A program made the translations under genes and the position numbers. A stretch of 63,003 nucleotides of DNA, counting the filler, from Gonapodya sp. JEL0774 (lineage: Eukaryota), in the NCBI GenBank assembly GCA_027604505.1. It is 30 parts of 30 records of this genome, joined end to end, with 100 filler letters (N's around TTAATTAATTAA, not from the genome) between each part and the next. Parts side by side here need not be neighbours in the genome. Positions count along the whole stretch, not along the records: positions 1 to 2,015 come from JADIIX010002341.1; positions 2,116 to 4,130 come from JADIIX010002342.1; positions 4,231 to 6,243 come from JADIIX010002343.1; positions 6,344 to 8,356 come from JADIIX010002344.1; positions 8,457 to 10,469 come from JADIIX010002345.1; positions 10,570 to 12,581 come from JADIIX010002346.1; 24 more parts are not named here. One strand, written 5' to 3'. The notes below the pieces were generated by a model. That model did not search any database, had not been told where the DNA came from, and saw only the letters and a list, made by a program, of their open reading frames with translations. Below, one piece after another: positions 1 through 11,659 of the stretch. Numbering within the stretch: the first letter of the stretch is position 1; every line of letters begins with the position of its first letter.

Positions 1-15
1 CAAACATCCTTTTAG

Positions 16-423
16 AAAGAGGTTCTCCCCACACTGGGGGTCACGATGGCCTTCGCTGGTGTCCTCACGGCGTACACCGTATCGAGGCTCGTGACAAGCC
101 CCGAAGTTGGTGAGTCTTCTCAATACTACAATGGAATTGACCGTCAGAAGCCCATCTCAAAGTTTGCCAACCCTCTATTCATTCTTCCGCATCACATTCC
201 ACCTCAAAGTTTGGGATCACAACAACAACCCGGAACCCTGGAAGCAGGTCAAGCCTGGTCAGCAAGTCAAGTGGTGAGCGGAATCTCTTACTCCCCGCAC
301 AATCGCAAAATGCCCATTCGAAATCGATCCACCAGGATGTCCGTGAACCAAAAGCACGATGGTGTTTACAGTCGCTCACTGAACCTTGGAAAGAGGGAGC
401 ACAAGTCTTTTGGGGACCACTGA
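16..423 (+). CDS. NDUFA4: NDUFA4/B12D (MLRQ)-family mitochondrial respiratory subunit, 5'-partial, spliced
   Basis: Splicing 16-109, 210-~272 and ~336-423 gives KEVLPTLGVTMAFAGVLTAYTVSRLVTSPEV-VWDHNNNPEPWKQVKPGQQVKWMSVNQK...*. This matches the family pattern PDV.W....NPEPW..V.P.QQ.K. Confidence 0.8.
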   Translation, partial: KEVLPTLGVTMAFAGVLTAYTVSRLVTSPEVGESSQYYNGIDRQKPISKFANPLFILPHHIPPQSLGSQQQPGTLEAGQAWSASQVVSGISYSPHNRKMPIRNRSTRMSVNQKHDGVYSRSLNLGKREHKSFGDH

Positions 424-511
424 GATATGCTCGACCCGAACTCCTTCGACGTCAATTATAGTGAAGACATTGAATGTATTTCTTATTAAAAATGTTACAA
501 AACTATTGTTG

Positions 512-2015
512 TTAAACATCGCCATGTTTTGTAGTGCTGGTCTCACGAGTTCTGGTATGTTTCGTCCGATTCTTTGACGAGAGTTCGTTGATGGCAGCAA
601 TGTTGGCGGGTCCCTATATGCGTTGAAAAGACCACACTCGGCAATGACACACCACGAACACCACGGATAAGTATCAAGACTTACTCCCCAAAGTGACACA
701 AATATGCGCCTTTCTTCTTCCAGTGCCTCCAACTCCATCTGGGCCCCAGTTAGCATTTTCATTGCCTGTCCTGATTGGCTGGGGGTAAGACCACCATAGC
801 TTTGTTCAGCAGTAAATCCTCGTTCTGCAGCCATGATGCATTGTTTCATGCCCCAAAGAGTTTCGACTGCATGCATTTTGGGTCGTGGCTTGTCAGTACC
901 ATCAGTACCAACCACACTGAACTCCTGTTTGTGCTTAAACTGCGACCTTGAATGTTGCAGGACATAGTCCAAAGCAGTGTCCGGATTGTGGTAGATAAAT
1001 CGAGAAAGGAATCTTTCTGCTTCGAGAACCGTAGGAGTTGAGGAATCTGACAGGACGTCTGCCAATTTCTGCTCAAAACGACGAAAGTGAGAGAGAATCA
1101 AGATAATTCATTAGGGTTTCCTCATGTACCAACAATGTAAAGCGCTTGCTCTGCATTAATGTTCTCAGTTGTTCCAAGCAATCGAAGCGCTTCTTTAGCA
1201 CCCACGAGTCTTGTCAGTCGATTTGCCCCTGATAAGTCTCCACATCAGAATTACTCCGAACAATTGCCTGGAGGCAGAGAAGCATACCTCCCCATCCGGG
1301 GACAACCCCCATCTTGGCCTGCACAAAACGGACGGTTGCCATAGGATGCATCACTCGGAAATCACAAGCAGTTGTTGTTTCGGCACCACCCCCTATCGCA
1401 TACCCTGGTTGATGAACATGGCAGTAAGTTTCCACTATTTATCTGACGTCAGAGGGATCCCACCTTCGATTGCTGCAACAGAAATTATGGGTAGGTTGCG
1501 AAAGCGCCGAAAGGTGTCATGCATGAGTAGACTCATTTGATCACCTCCCTCTCGTGAGATCATATGAGAACGAGCGACCGACAGATCTACAGTGTCCAGA
1601 ATTCTGCTTTTTCGAAACGAAATCGCTCCATGAAAACCACGTCAACAGTTTAACCCACCAAATCCAGAGCAAAAGGTCCCCTTTGCGCCATACAAAATCA
1701 CTCCACGGATAGCATCAACAGTCTCTGACGTTTCTGACCCGTTACCATTCGAAAGTGGTTGTTCGTTCACTTTGATATTGAGCTGTTCTATCTGCTGTCT
1801 CACTGACAGAACATGAGATTCAAGTGTATCCACTGCATCAGCAAGTTCAGCCATCATTTTCCCCGAGAATGAGTTCTTCTTCGATCTGTTCGAGTAACGG
1901 GAAACAGTCGAAACTTTTCCGCTTGGGTTCACGAAACGAGCTCTTACGGATTGTTCAGCATGATGTAGGCAATGCTTGCAGAATAGTCTAAGAATAAATC
2001 CACGCTCCCATGCCC
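512..2015 (-). CDS. ECHDC1: Crotonase-superfamily enzyme, ethylmalonyl-CoA decarboxylase (ECHDC1)-like, 5'-partial, spliced
   Basis: Exon translations read GHGSVDL...IMLNNP/SKKNSFSGKMMAELADAV, GVILYGAKGTFCSG, GYAIGGGAETTTACDFRVM...RFVQAKMGVVPGWGG, and a C-terminal ALEEERRIFVSLWG/GPANIAAI. Confidence 0.8.
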
Positions 2016-2115
2016 NNNNNNNNNNNNNNNNNNNNNNNNNNNNNNNNNNNNNNNNNNNNTTAATTAATTAANNNNNNNNNNNNNNNNNNNNNNNNNNNNN
2101 NNNNNNNNNNNNNNN
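2016..2115. other. Artificial contig linker (44 N + TTAATTAATTAA + 44 N), first of 29 spaced about 2.1 kb apart
   Basis: The identical six-frame-stop motif sits inside N runs at 2060, 4175, 6288, 8401 and so on up to 60959. The fragments between linkers shrink steadily from 2015 to about 1990 nt, as expected for size-sorted small contigs. Confidence 0.98.
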
Positions 2116-2320
2116 TTCAGAAGAGATGCTGGCCATTCAAGACTGTACCTGGTCAAGTGGACTGGATGGCAACTGTCTGCGTCAACATGGGAACCAAGAT
2201 ATGTGCAATTGTACTATTATAAATTCATCATTCCCTTCTGAGCATCTCTATGTGCCATGTAGAGCAAATTTTAACTTCCCCGTAGAGGACATTGAAGAGT
2301 GCATACCAGATATTCTCTGA
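2116..2320 (+). pseudogene. Chromodomain remnant
   Basis: Frame from 2116 reads FRRDAGHSRLYLVKWTGWQLSASTWEPR, the chromo YLVKW.G....TWEP motif. It is followed by a probable decayed donor (ATATGT) and an acceptor leading to ANFNFPVEDIEEC. Confidence 0.7.
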
Positions 2321-2739
2321 TCCTATAGCAACAGATTCAGCTGTTGTGGACCCGAATAACCCCGCTAAGGGGTCAAAATTGCACCCTTTTGTCCCCCTTG
2401 TACCGCCAATGCCACTAGCCTGTAACCTCTGCATCGCCTTTTAATCCTCCTTGGCCACTTCCCTTGTCTGCGTTTTGGCTGAAGACAGAGCAGCCTTTGA
2501 GGATGAATTTAGAAGGCGGTTAATCCATATTTGTGAGTTCCAGACTCAAACTCATGTGTTATTTTGTCTCAAGAAATGTGTTTCTAGATGGTACTACTCT
2601 TGAGGGAGCGTCCTATCTCACTGGTACACAGAACTGGAGTGACATCATTCTAGAGGTGTTTCTATAGCCAGCTATCACGCTGTGGGACAGGCAACAAAAT
2701 CCGCCATCCATCTCCTTTTTCTCCTCTCAAGTTTCTTTC

Positions 2740-3182
2740 CGTTTCAGAACCCCAACCACCTGACTGACGAATTCATTTTGCTGATGAGCCACAAGTTTGT
2801 GGGAAAGCTACAAATGGATCTCCAAGACTATCACTTTTTCATGGTCAACAAGGACAACTTCCACTGGTATGCTATTGTGATGGACAAGGATGGACATCAT
2901 ATGCTCTGGATAGGAGTGGTGATTCCCACCATCATGATGCCAACTTGGAGGCATGTTGCAATGCTTTAAACCAAATTCTCATGTTGGCGATAGCACCATC
3001 ACCTTGAAATTGTGTTTGGACTCTGTTTTGGAACCAGGGAGATGGACATAGCGGTGGATTATTTTCATGTGTCACACTGCTGTTCATTATGAAGTACCCA
3101 TCACTGTTCCAGCGTCTTTTTGAGGGAGCGCAGATTCTTCTCCCTATGTATCCCCAAGGTTTTTTGAAAAAGTGGCGAGAGG
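2740..3182 (+). pseudogene. Ulp1/SUMO protease (peptidase C48)-like remnant
   Basis: HLTDEFILLM...FFMVNKDNFHWYAIVMD, then after a frameshift and a stop NQGDGHSGGLF. This follows the Ulp1 order N..HW / Q.DG.SCG, with the catalytic Cys read as Gly. Confidence 0.6.
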
Positions 3183-3299
3183 TTAAGTATGTATTCTTTA
3201 GAACTGTTTATCCCTAATGTGTTAAATGTGACTCATGAGGAAACCCTATATTAGATTTGCAACACTCTCTTGTTGTCGAGCTGCATGTGTATGTACCCC

Positions 3300-3650
3300 A
3301 CCAAGATCATCATGAGATAATGTCTGGGCATCCTTGGCAATTCTTTGGAGCATGTAAGATGCAGCAAGGGGTATTTCAAAAACTGTGCCAGCAATGGCTT
3401 ATGACAGAGAGGTGCAGACAGATGGGCTCCTCTAAAGGAAATTGCTAAAATTAAAATGGAGGAGCAACTGCTCATGTTCCTCCATTTCATTGGGAAAGGA
3501 GCATAAAATCCTGAGCTTCAAGAGCAGGTACAATTGTTGCAGAATGCTTTGCCAGTATGCGACTTTGAAGGGTACTTCACGTTTGTTTTTGCAGGATGGG
3601 AATGCTCTGTACCAGACCCAACAGTTTCTCAAGCAGCTCTTGAGGTTTGT
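3300..3650 (+). mobile_element. PIF/Harbinger DDE transposase pseudogene, internally deleted
   Basis: EIMSGHPWQFFGACKMQQGVFQKLC...MEEQLLMFLHFIG, joined after a stop to QNALPVCDFEGYFTFVFAGWECSVPDPTV. The family pattern is QNVLA.CDF...FT.V.AGWEGSAHD. Confidence 0.8.
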
Positions 3651-4130
3651 TGTTAAGCGGTATGATTTTCTTATTCAAAACACGTTCGCACAAATAATGC
3701 TTAATCTAGTTTATCCGAGGACCATAGCACCGTCCGCAAGAGTGTGCACCCAAGTTACCCACGTTCTCTAGTGTATCTCCCTAACCAATAGCGCTAAAAC
3801 AAAACTGTAAAGGACAAACTTGTAGAGATTTTACGGCAAGTAATTTTGCACCATTAATTATCCCCGAATTCCAACTCCCCGTGGCGCTACAGCCATCTGA
3901 AATGTCAAACCACCCATATCTCAACACTCCCCCTGAAACAAACACTTCAGTGTGAAGTTTCCCACTATATCAAGATGTAATAGAAAACATTTCCATTGAT
4001 GATCAATGTTGCTCAAAAGACTGCTTTGGGACTGGCTTGGTATGATGTCAGCAACATTAACATGAGTGGGGCAGTAAATCAATTTAAGAATCCCCTTCTC
4101 AAGCTGTTCACAGATAAAATGGTATTTGAG
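3651..4130 (-). mobile_element. 3' end of a Ty1/copia LTR retrotransposon (RNase H tail, PPT, 3' LTR)
   Basis: Minus strand 4130 to ~4000 reads LKYHFICEQLEKGILKLIYCPTHVNVADII/TKPVPK. PPT AGGGGGAG at 3934-3927 is directly followed by TGTTGAG at 3926. The candidate LTR 3651-3926 is bounded by TGTTAAG...CTCAACA. Confidence 0.8.
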
Positions 4131-4230
4131 NNNNNNNNNNNNNNNNNNNNNNNNNNNNNNNNNNNNNNNNNNNNTTAATTAATTAANNNNNNNNNNNNNN
4201 NNNNNNNNNNNNNNNNNNNNNNNNNNNNNN

Positions 4231-6150
4231 TCTGCAAGAGCGGTGTAGAGGTGTGGGTGGTAGCTGTGATCGACAGTCGGAAAGAGGTGGTGAAGGGCTG
4301 TCCAAGGTTTGGCGGACATTCCCATTTGTCCGTCAGTAATATGGCCCAGGAGTAAGAACTGTACAGCGCATTTAACTCTCACTATGATCTCCAAGAGACG
4401 CCAGAGTCCAGAACACGTTTCCGTAATACTCTACACGATCCATTGTAGATTCGAGTTGAAGAAGCCTACCGCGAAATTTCAATGTGAGAATCCTTCGCCG
4501 TTGCAGCATTATTCAACTCAAATCACAAGCGCGAAACCTACCCAAAGTCAGTGGGAGGCTCAAACGCCCCCTGTCTCCATACATAATCCGAGTGGTGTCC
4601 GGCGAGCAATCCGATAGTCATGCGATAGTAACCCGAGACGCCCAGGGTCATGAGGTAGAGAACGACGGATTGCGCAAGCGACGTAAGTATTCGAGCTCGC
4701 AACAGCGTTGAAGGGTGGGACGAGAAGAAGCGGATTACAGTCATGGCGGCAAGATTGAGGAACGGGAGAAACTCTGCGATTTTAAAATACCATAGAATAA
4801 ACAACCAAAGTAGATTCTTAAACATCTTGCCATGATGCGCGAAATACCTTCTCGGGGGAGCTTAAAAGCGTTGATGCGTCCCGTCAGAAGTTTTATTGCT
4901 TTCTGCAACAGAAGCCACGGTGTCCGGTAAAAGAACCACCAGTTGACATCTTTTGTGCGAATTCTTGGTGATATGAGATCAAAGATACCACCAGCGAAAT
5001 GAAAAGACACTCACAAATCCAGTTTAGTACTGCATATCGGGGCTCCATCCGTGGTTCTAATCGAGGAACGGCACATTAGCGACCGAACATGTTACACTGA
5101 ATATGTCAAATTACAAACCTTCGGGCCAAAAGTACAAGGGTTGAAAAAGCGGATACTCGACATCAAGAGAGCTGTTGGGGTAAAGGTGATGGGAGAGGAC
5201 TGGCCAAGCAACACATGTTACATAACAGAAGTGCAAACTAAAATGGCTGAGAACTGACCGTGGTGTATCCGTACATTTTTGTAGCTTGCTCCCGCTACCT
5301 CGTGATAGTACATGCGGAAGTTATCCTTCTGATGGGCAAAGTTATGTGCCATCGCCATGAGCATGCCCCCGGCCGTCCCTCCCAGCACCACCAAAGCAGC
5401 TGGAACAGTCGCCGAGACCATCCGGACAAGCCAAGGCGGAAGCGCAGACAAAGCTGTTAACTTCGTCAGCTCAGAACCGAACCCGACATATGCGGTGGCT
5501 CCCAAAAGAGCGAGGTAGGTGGCCGCTGTGCCATCCGCGTAGAATTTGGACCATCTCCTTGGTGCAGATCCGATGGTACGGATTTGGTCCCGAACACGAG
5601 AGCGGAGAACAGAGTAGAAGTCAGTCTGGGAAATAGAGGTCGGTGATTGTTGTTGTTGTGGTCTGCTTTCAGTCGATCTCATCACTGGACAACGCACCTC
5701 CGCAAACGTAATCGGGCTCTCCCTGGGCCACGTAGCTTCCCGTACGTAGTATTTGGGCAAGATTCTGTCCCTAATCACAGACACATTGGGGTGGTGCGCT
5801 TCGAACGCTTCGGTGATGTCCATTCCGGCGGTTAGTTCGAGCCACTGTGCCCCACCCGGGTGTTGAAATGAGGTCAAATCGCTGGAGTGGGCGAAAAAAT
5901 AAAACATTGAGGTTTCATTGAGGTGCATCATGAGGTATGACGGGGAATCCAGTAATGGACACACATGACGGTGCATGCAAACTCACTACAACTTGTCATG
6001 TATCCTGTACAATCCCTCTCCACTACGATCGTTGTACTTTCGTCGCTCGTGGAGCCATTTGGCAAGGTCGGGGGTCCGCCCTGGTTCTCTTTTCATACAA
6101 AGAACGTTTGGAAGGTGAATCTTCGGGGACAGCACCACAGACGCAGCTCT
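4231..6150 (-). CDS. Cytochrome b5-related protein (cytochrome b5 domain + desaturase-type His boxes), spliced, 3'-partial
   Basis: WLHERRKYNDRSGEGLYRIHDKL/YDLTSFQHPGG...DITEAFEAHH, HNFAHQKDNFRMYY, RIHH/VLSHHLYPN and LHHLFPTVDH. Confidence 0.85.
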
Positions 6151-6368
6151 GAGTGTCTTACTCAAGCAGTGGAGGAAACGATCCCTTGTACGCTGTCATC
6201 GAGGAGATTTAGTGGAGTTCTCCGCTCCCTTTTTGGTAGGTATNNNNNNNNNNNNNNNNNNNNNNNNNNNNNNNNNNNNNNNNNNNNTTAATTAATTAAN
6301 NNNNNNNNNNNNNNNNNNNNNNNNNNNNNNNNNNNNNNNNNNNACGGCAGCTGCAGCCGTCGGACTCT

Positions 6369-7441
6369 ATGAGACATCGCTATAACCAACCGCGCTATGA
6401 GCAGTTCAGCTCCCCGTATGGACAGATTGATCCTTCGGGAGTGTCGCAGCATGGCACGCCTGATGCTCGACGACGCACCTCCAGTGACAGTACCGCCTAC
6501 AGACCGGTCACAGAGTACTCAAACACCCACTACTATCCACCTGGGGAGGAGTCGCGAGGAGAACCCCGGAATGCAAATGAGCATCATCGCGATATCGGAA
6601 GTACCGACCTCACTACGCTAAATTCAAATAGCGACACCTTCCAGACAAGAGCACCTGTTCCGAGCGACGGCGAGTGGTCTCTGCTCATCGAGAGCAAGCG
6701 CGCAGGAGAATGGACCGATGTCACGGTTGATATGACGTTAGATCAGATTCAAAGAACGATCGATACCTGGTTTTTGATCAAATCGGATCCGGAATCGGTG
6801 GAGAACTTCTCGAAGGCGGTTTTGGAGACGCTTCTCGCTTTGAATCCCGGTACGTCCCATTGCTTGTTTTGGCATCCTTTGGGGAATTACTGACTTCATG
6901 CACAAATGATCTTGCAACTAGCGTACGCAACGTATTTTCCCGAGTACCATATACCCGCGCTGGTCATTATGGATGGTGTGACTCAAGAAGCAACAACAAT
7001 GCGGCGCTCTGCGGAAGATCGGAAAGACGTTATTGCTGAGCTCATTTGGCTCGGCGCTAAGCACGCAAGATGGTGGAAGATCGGGGAGGGTGACTTCAGA
7101 AATGTTGTCATCGCAGTGTGAGTTGTACTGCGATTCCATTCGTGCAAGTCTTACATCAGAGTGATTTACTCACATGCTGTCTGGCCAGCCTTCACGTCCT
7201 TTCTAACCATTCGGAATGGGCGCCTGGTGGTGCCAAGGACATCATAGCTTGGCGTGCGATTCTATGCGAGATGATCACTGTGATGTGCCGGGGGGCCAAA
7301 TCCGACGTCAAAGAGATAGCTGCAGTGAAGGCACGGATTCAAGCGATGAAAGCAAAAGGTAATGCTTCCAAGGCTTTCAATCCGAGTGGATCCAAGCACA
7401 AGGGGGACAAGAGGTTCATGCAGAGTTGCAAGGTTCAGTAG
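6369..7441 (+). CDS. Hypothetical protein, probably 3 exons
   Basis: Consecutive same-strand ORFs 6369-6893, 6906-7121 and 7118-7441 with plausible GT donors (GTACGT ~6850, GTGTGA ~7116). No family recognised. Confidence 0.45.
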
Positions 7442-8456
7442 AGCACGCGGAAAAAGAGCATCTGTTTTGGAACATTCTCTGTTCATTTTTGTAATTGATT
7501 AAGCAGATCAGGAATATGCCGTTGGAAATAAAGATGATTCGATCTCAATATATCTCAACTTTGCAAGAGAGTCGTATGTTTCTGTGTGTCGAGCGCGTAT
7601 CGATCAACAAAGAAAGGTGTCAAAAACGCCAAGAATAACGTGCGAGTGCTCTTCACTACAAGGATGGGCTGTGCCGTTCAGAACTTCACGGTCCGATGGA
7701 CCCAGCGGATCCGTGGGACATCACTGTTGGAGGCCGCGTGCCAATCAGCAGTCGCCTAAAACTCAGAGTACAGAAGGCGTCCACCGAGTGAAAATCTTGC
7801 CACTGGAGACTGTCAGAGGCGGGGTAGGTATGTGTGTGTGTAACATGGATGTATGTAATATGCATTTCGGAAAGGTTCGACTTCTGACAAATCCAGGTAT
7901 GTCACCAGCCGCCCACGGTACAATAGCGACATCCACCAGCTTACGGATCGACCAAGAAGCACAGTCAGACTGAGGCGACATTTCACAACATTCGGGCTCA
8001 GTGGGTACCCAATATTGAGTTATTACACTAGTCCGTCAAGTCACAGTAACCACCCTCTTGCACCAGCCAGGAAATACGTTGTGGTTGCAACTGTGGCGTG
8101 TGCATCAAGTTGCGTGGTAGAGGCGTCACTACCCTTCGTTTTTTGGATCGATACCACCCTACATAGCCAATACTCTATTGGGAATACTCGAGTAAAAACC
8201 CAATACGTACTCGATGGGAATTTAATTTGAGCTTAGTAAGCTTTCAATGCCGCAAGAGACCCACCCAACAAAGGATTGGGCCCTTTCCAACCGTTGTGGT
8301 AGAGCCGCTTCCTCCCATCAGCTCCTCCACAAAGCTCAATTTTGCTGAAGAAAAATNNNNNNNNNNNNNNNNNNNNNNNNNNNNNNNNNNNNNNNNNNNN
8401 TTAATTAATTAANNNNNNNNNNNNNNNNNNNNNNNNNNNNNNNNNNNNNNNNNNNN

Positions 8457-9120
8457 ACCTGCAACTGCCTCACATGATGTGTCTGCTTCTGTCCATGAAT
8501 CAGATAAAGGTGCTGACTTACATGAAGCCAGTGCAGCATCTATTGAAGTTGCTGAAGAAATCAAAGATGATTAGGTCTTGCAGGCCACAGATAAGTCTCA
8601 AGTAAAGATTACAAAAAAATCAAAGGGCCCCAAGAAGGTCAGAGCATCCATGCTTACATTTTTTGTCAGTGGCCTCTGCAACCTCCTCTTTCTTAGGCTG
8701 TGAGTTTAGAAAACCTGTCAGAAGCAGTTAATGTGGTTCTACCACCTCCCTTTGATCCCCCAACTGAAGTGGACTTATACCACTCCTCCTTTGGTGCATT
8801 GAGGGAAGATATTGGTGACTCCAAGAAGGAGTCCATTTCAATGGTTGTTGCTTGTGGTGACCACGATCCAATTGAATTTCTGGACATTTGTATCATTTTT
8901 AAACTAGTCCTCAAAATGGAGGTGTACTAGTTTGGGTATGTGCTGTTTTCATTGTTACTAGTGATGCAAATGTTGCTCACAATTTAAAACACAGTACCCT
9001 GGTCCCATTAAAAATGTTGAGCACCAGCATGCTGTACTATCTCTCTTTCTCCAATGCATTAAAAATCTAAACTTACTGCCACTCCAAACATATTGCAGTG
9101 GGTTGAGCCATATGTAGCAA
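8457..9120 (+). pseudogene. Decayed spliced coding remnant, unknown family
   Basis: Long frame ATASHDVSAS...IKDD*VLQ...KGPKK, intron-like GTCAGA...TAG, then AVSLENLSEAVNVVLPPPF... It has in-frame stops and almost no CpG. Confidence 0.35.
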
Positions 9121-9124
9121 CAGA

Positions 9125-10343
9125 TCAGCTACCCCAGCCATTTTTTGCGGCTAACCAGGTACGCTGAACAGAGCAGAGGGTGGGGTGAACAGAGCATACT
9201 TCCCAATCTGCACGTGTGCTCTGTTCACCACACCCCATACATATATATATATGGGATGTGGTGACAAGAGCACAGATATCTATCAACTATGTTTTTTTTA
9301 TGCTGATTGAGTGATGTTGTGCTTCTTTCATATTTCTGTGTAATTCGCAATGTGGAATGCTCAAATATCAGGTACTTCCACCTTGGACCTGGCCGCACCG
9401 GACCAGGTGGTATTAACAGTGTCAGGCTCACTGGTTCAGAGTTCGGGGTTTGGACGTAGGATTGTCAGGCAGAGTTTCACCAGTATAGAAATTTTATCTT
9501 GTAATGTTCTCTCCCCAAATACAAAGTAGTTTCTCTCACTTATGTAATGACTACTTGCCCTAAAGTAGTGCGCACTCAGCCAGTATGTTGGATTGGGCTC
9601 CGACTGCAGTGCTGCGACATCCAACAGGTGTTGGAATGGATTGACTGCATGGAGACACAGTGTTGACAATGAACACGGATGGTGATGGGCATCTGGAGGT
9701 GAAGGAGCTTGGGGGCAAGGCGGGGATTCAAGCATGAGATCAGAGGAATTCGGGGGTGTGTTGGGGAATTTTCTTGCCGCGCGACGGAGTTTTTGTGAAT
9801 TTTGGGATGTTCCTCACATGTTGTTCTTCCAAGAACCAAACTTGGCCTGTACACGTACAGGACTCATCTAGTAGACCTGTAACAGTTATGTTTCACTGCT
9901 GTGGAGTTCACCATTTTAATAAACATACTGATAAATGTGGCATTTCAGGAATGGTACATTGAGCGGATGATCCCATGGAGCAGATTCTATCATTGTCCCC
10001 GCTCTGTTGGTGAAATGCTGTTGTCTGTGTGCAGCCACACGCACCGCCCACGCCAAGCACAACACTTTCATTCACCAAATCTGCCCTGGAGAAAGTCAAA
10101 AGGCCCCTAAACAAGACGGGACATCAATAAATGGAGCACAGGGCATTTGAATTACACCTTTTTTTTTATGGGGGGGTGACATGCTCTGTTCACGGGACCC
10201 CATATATATAGTATATATATATAGTATATATATATGGTGTGGAAAACAGAGCAGCCCACTGCTGGGCACTTGTGCTCTGTTCAGCGTACAAAATATTTCC
10301 CATTTTTTGTCTGCTAAAAGGGTGCTTCCCTGAGGACAGCTGA
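9125..10343. mobile_element. Putative non-autonomous DNA element with mirrored sub-terminal repeats and AT-cored hairpins
   Basis: Perfect 17-bp inverted pair GTACGCTGAACAGAGCA at 9159-9175 and 10273-10289, several further (GA)ACAGAGCA copies in both orientations, and outer TCAGCT (9125) / AGCTGA (10338-10343). Confidence 0.6.
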
Positions 10344-10569
10344 CAGTGCTGCATCCATGAATGCAAAGATCTCAAAGGATTCTCAAGACATCTTCTTTGT
10401 TAATCCCACTGCACCTAAATTTACGGTCAAGTCTGAAAAAGCCAGAAGTTTAAAGGGAAATCCTGAGTANNNNNNNNNNNNNNNNNNNNNNNNNNNNNNN
10501 NNNNNNNNNNNNNTTAATTAATTAANNNNNNNNNNNNNNNNNNNNNNNNNNNNNNNNNNNNNNNNNNNN

Positions 10570-11640
10570 TTAAAGTAACTTTGAATGACAAGATCACAAA
10601 AGTCCCTCCCAATTCTTGGAAGAGTACGTATTTCTATGTTTGTTGTCTAGTATATCACACACTAAGCTTTTGAAATACTCAGAAATTTTGCAGCAAGCAC
10701 TGACTAAGTTTTCTGAATGTCAAAGAGCAAGATCCCCAGAGCAATCTCAGCAGTTAGAGAAGAATTTTCTTGACACAGAGATCCCAGCAATAGTGGAAAC
10801 TTCTGTTGGATGCTCAGTTCCACAATTTGTTGAACATCTTAGATCTTATTTCAGAAAGAACTGGTTTGTGGCCAGATGGCGAGGTGAGACTATTGTATGT
10901 TTCAGTTATTTGCACACTTGGTTTCATGTAGAACTCCAACTCCAAAATAGATGCATGGGTAGACTACACTCTCCCTGAAGATCTAAGGAGGGAGATCTTT
11001 AATACCAACAACTTGATTGAAACACAATTCAAAAAGTTTGACACTGAGTGGTTGGGATGTACTCAGAATAAGCGGTGAGAAATGCTTAAAGCTTTTTCAA
11101 TCACTTTAACTATGTGGACCAGGAATGGAATCACATTGACCCCCTTTGTCCAGAATGGATCATCTTGCTCAGATTGTGCATGGGCCTTATTTTGACAGTT
11201 TTGACCACCCAAGAGGGGACAAACGAGTTTCTGATGATCTTCGCAAGCGAATGCAGGAAGGTTTTAAAATTTGGGAGCTGGGGAAAGTCCTCCCAAAAGC
11301 TGGTTCTCAGAAGCATTTACTTTTTTCTGTGGAGAGTCAGACCACCATGAACAAGAGTTACACTGTTGATTTTACTGGTGGTTCTTGTGAGTGTCCAGAC
11401 TTTCAGAGGACTGGAAAGGTGAGATTATTTTTGCAACGTGATCTGTTTCATTTTTTTTGTCTCAGTCCTGTTTACTGCAGTTCTGTAAACACCACTGGGC
11501 TGTGAATTTGTTTGTCAATAATGGAGGGCCAAATTCACCATTAGAGGAAATGGATACTGACAATGATCAGGATTCAGGGGATGCTATAGAAGCTGAATCA
11601 GATGAATCATCTGGGAATGAAGAGCATATGCGGTCCCAAC
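10570..11640 (+). mobile_element. Mutator-like (MULE) transposase C-terminal part with SWIM Zn finger, intron-containing
   Basis: YFRKNWF...WR/DAW...FNTNNLIETQFKKFD (TNNxxE motif at ~11004-11021) and YTVDFTGGSCECPDFQRTGK/FCKHHWAV (SWIM CxC-xn-CxH). Confidence 0.75.
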
Positions 11641-11659
11641 ATAAATTATTTACACGATC

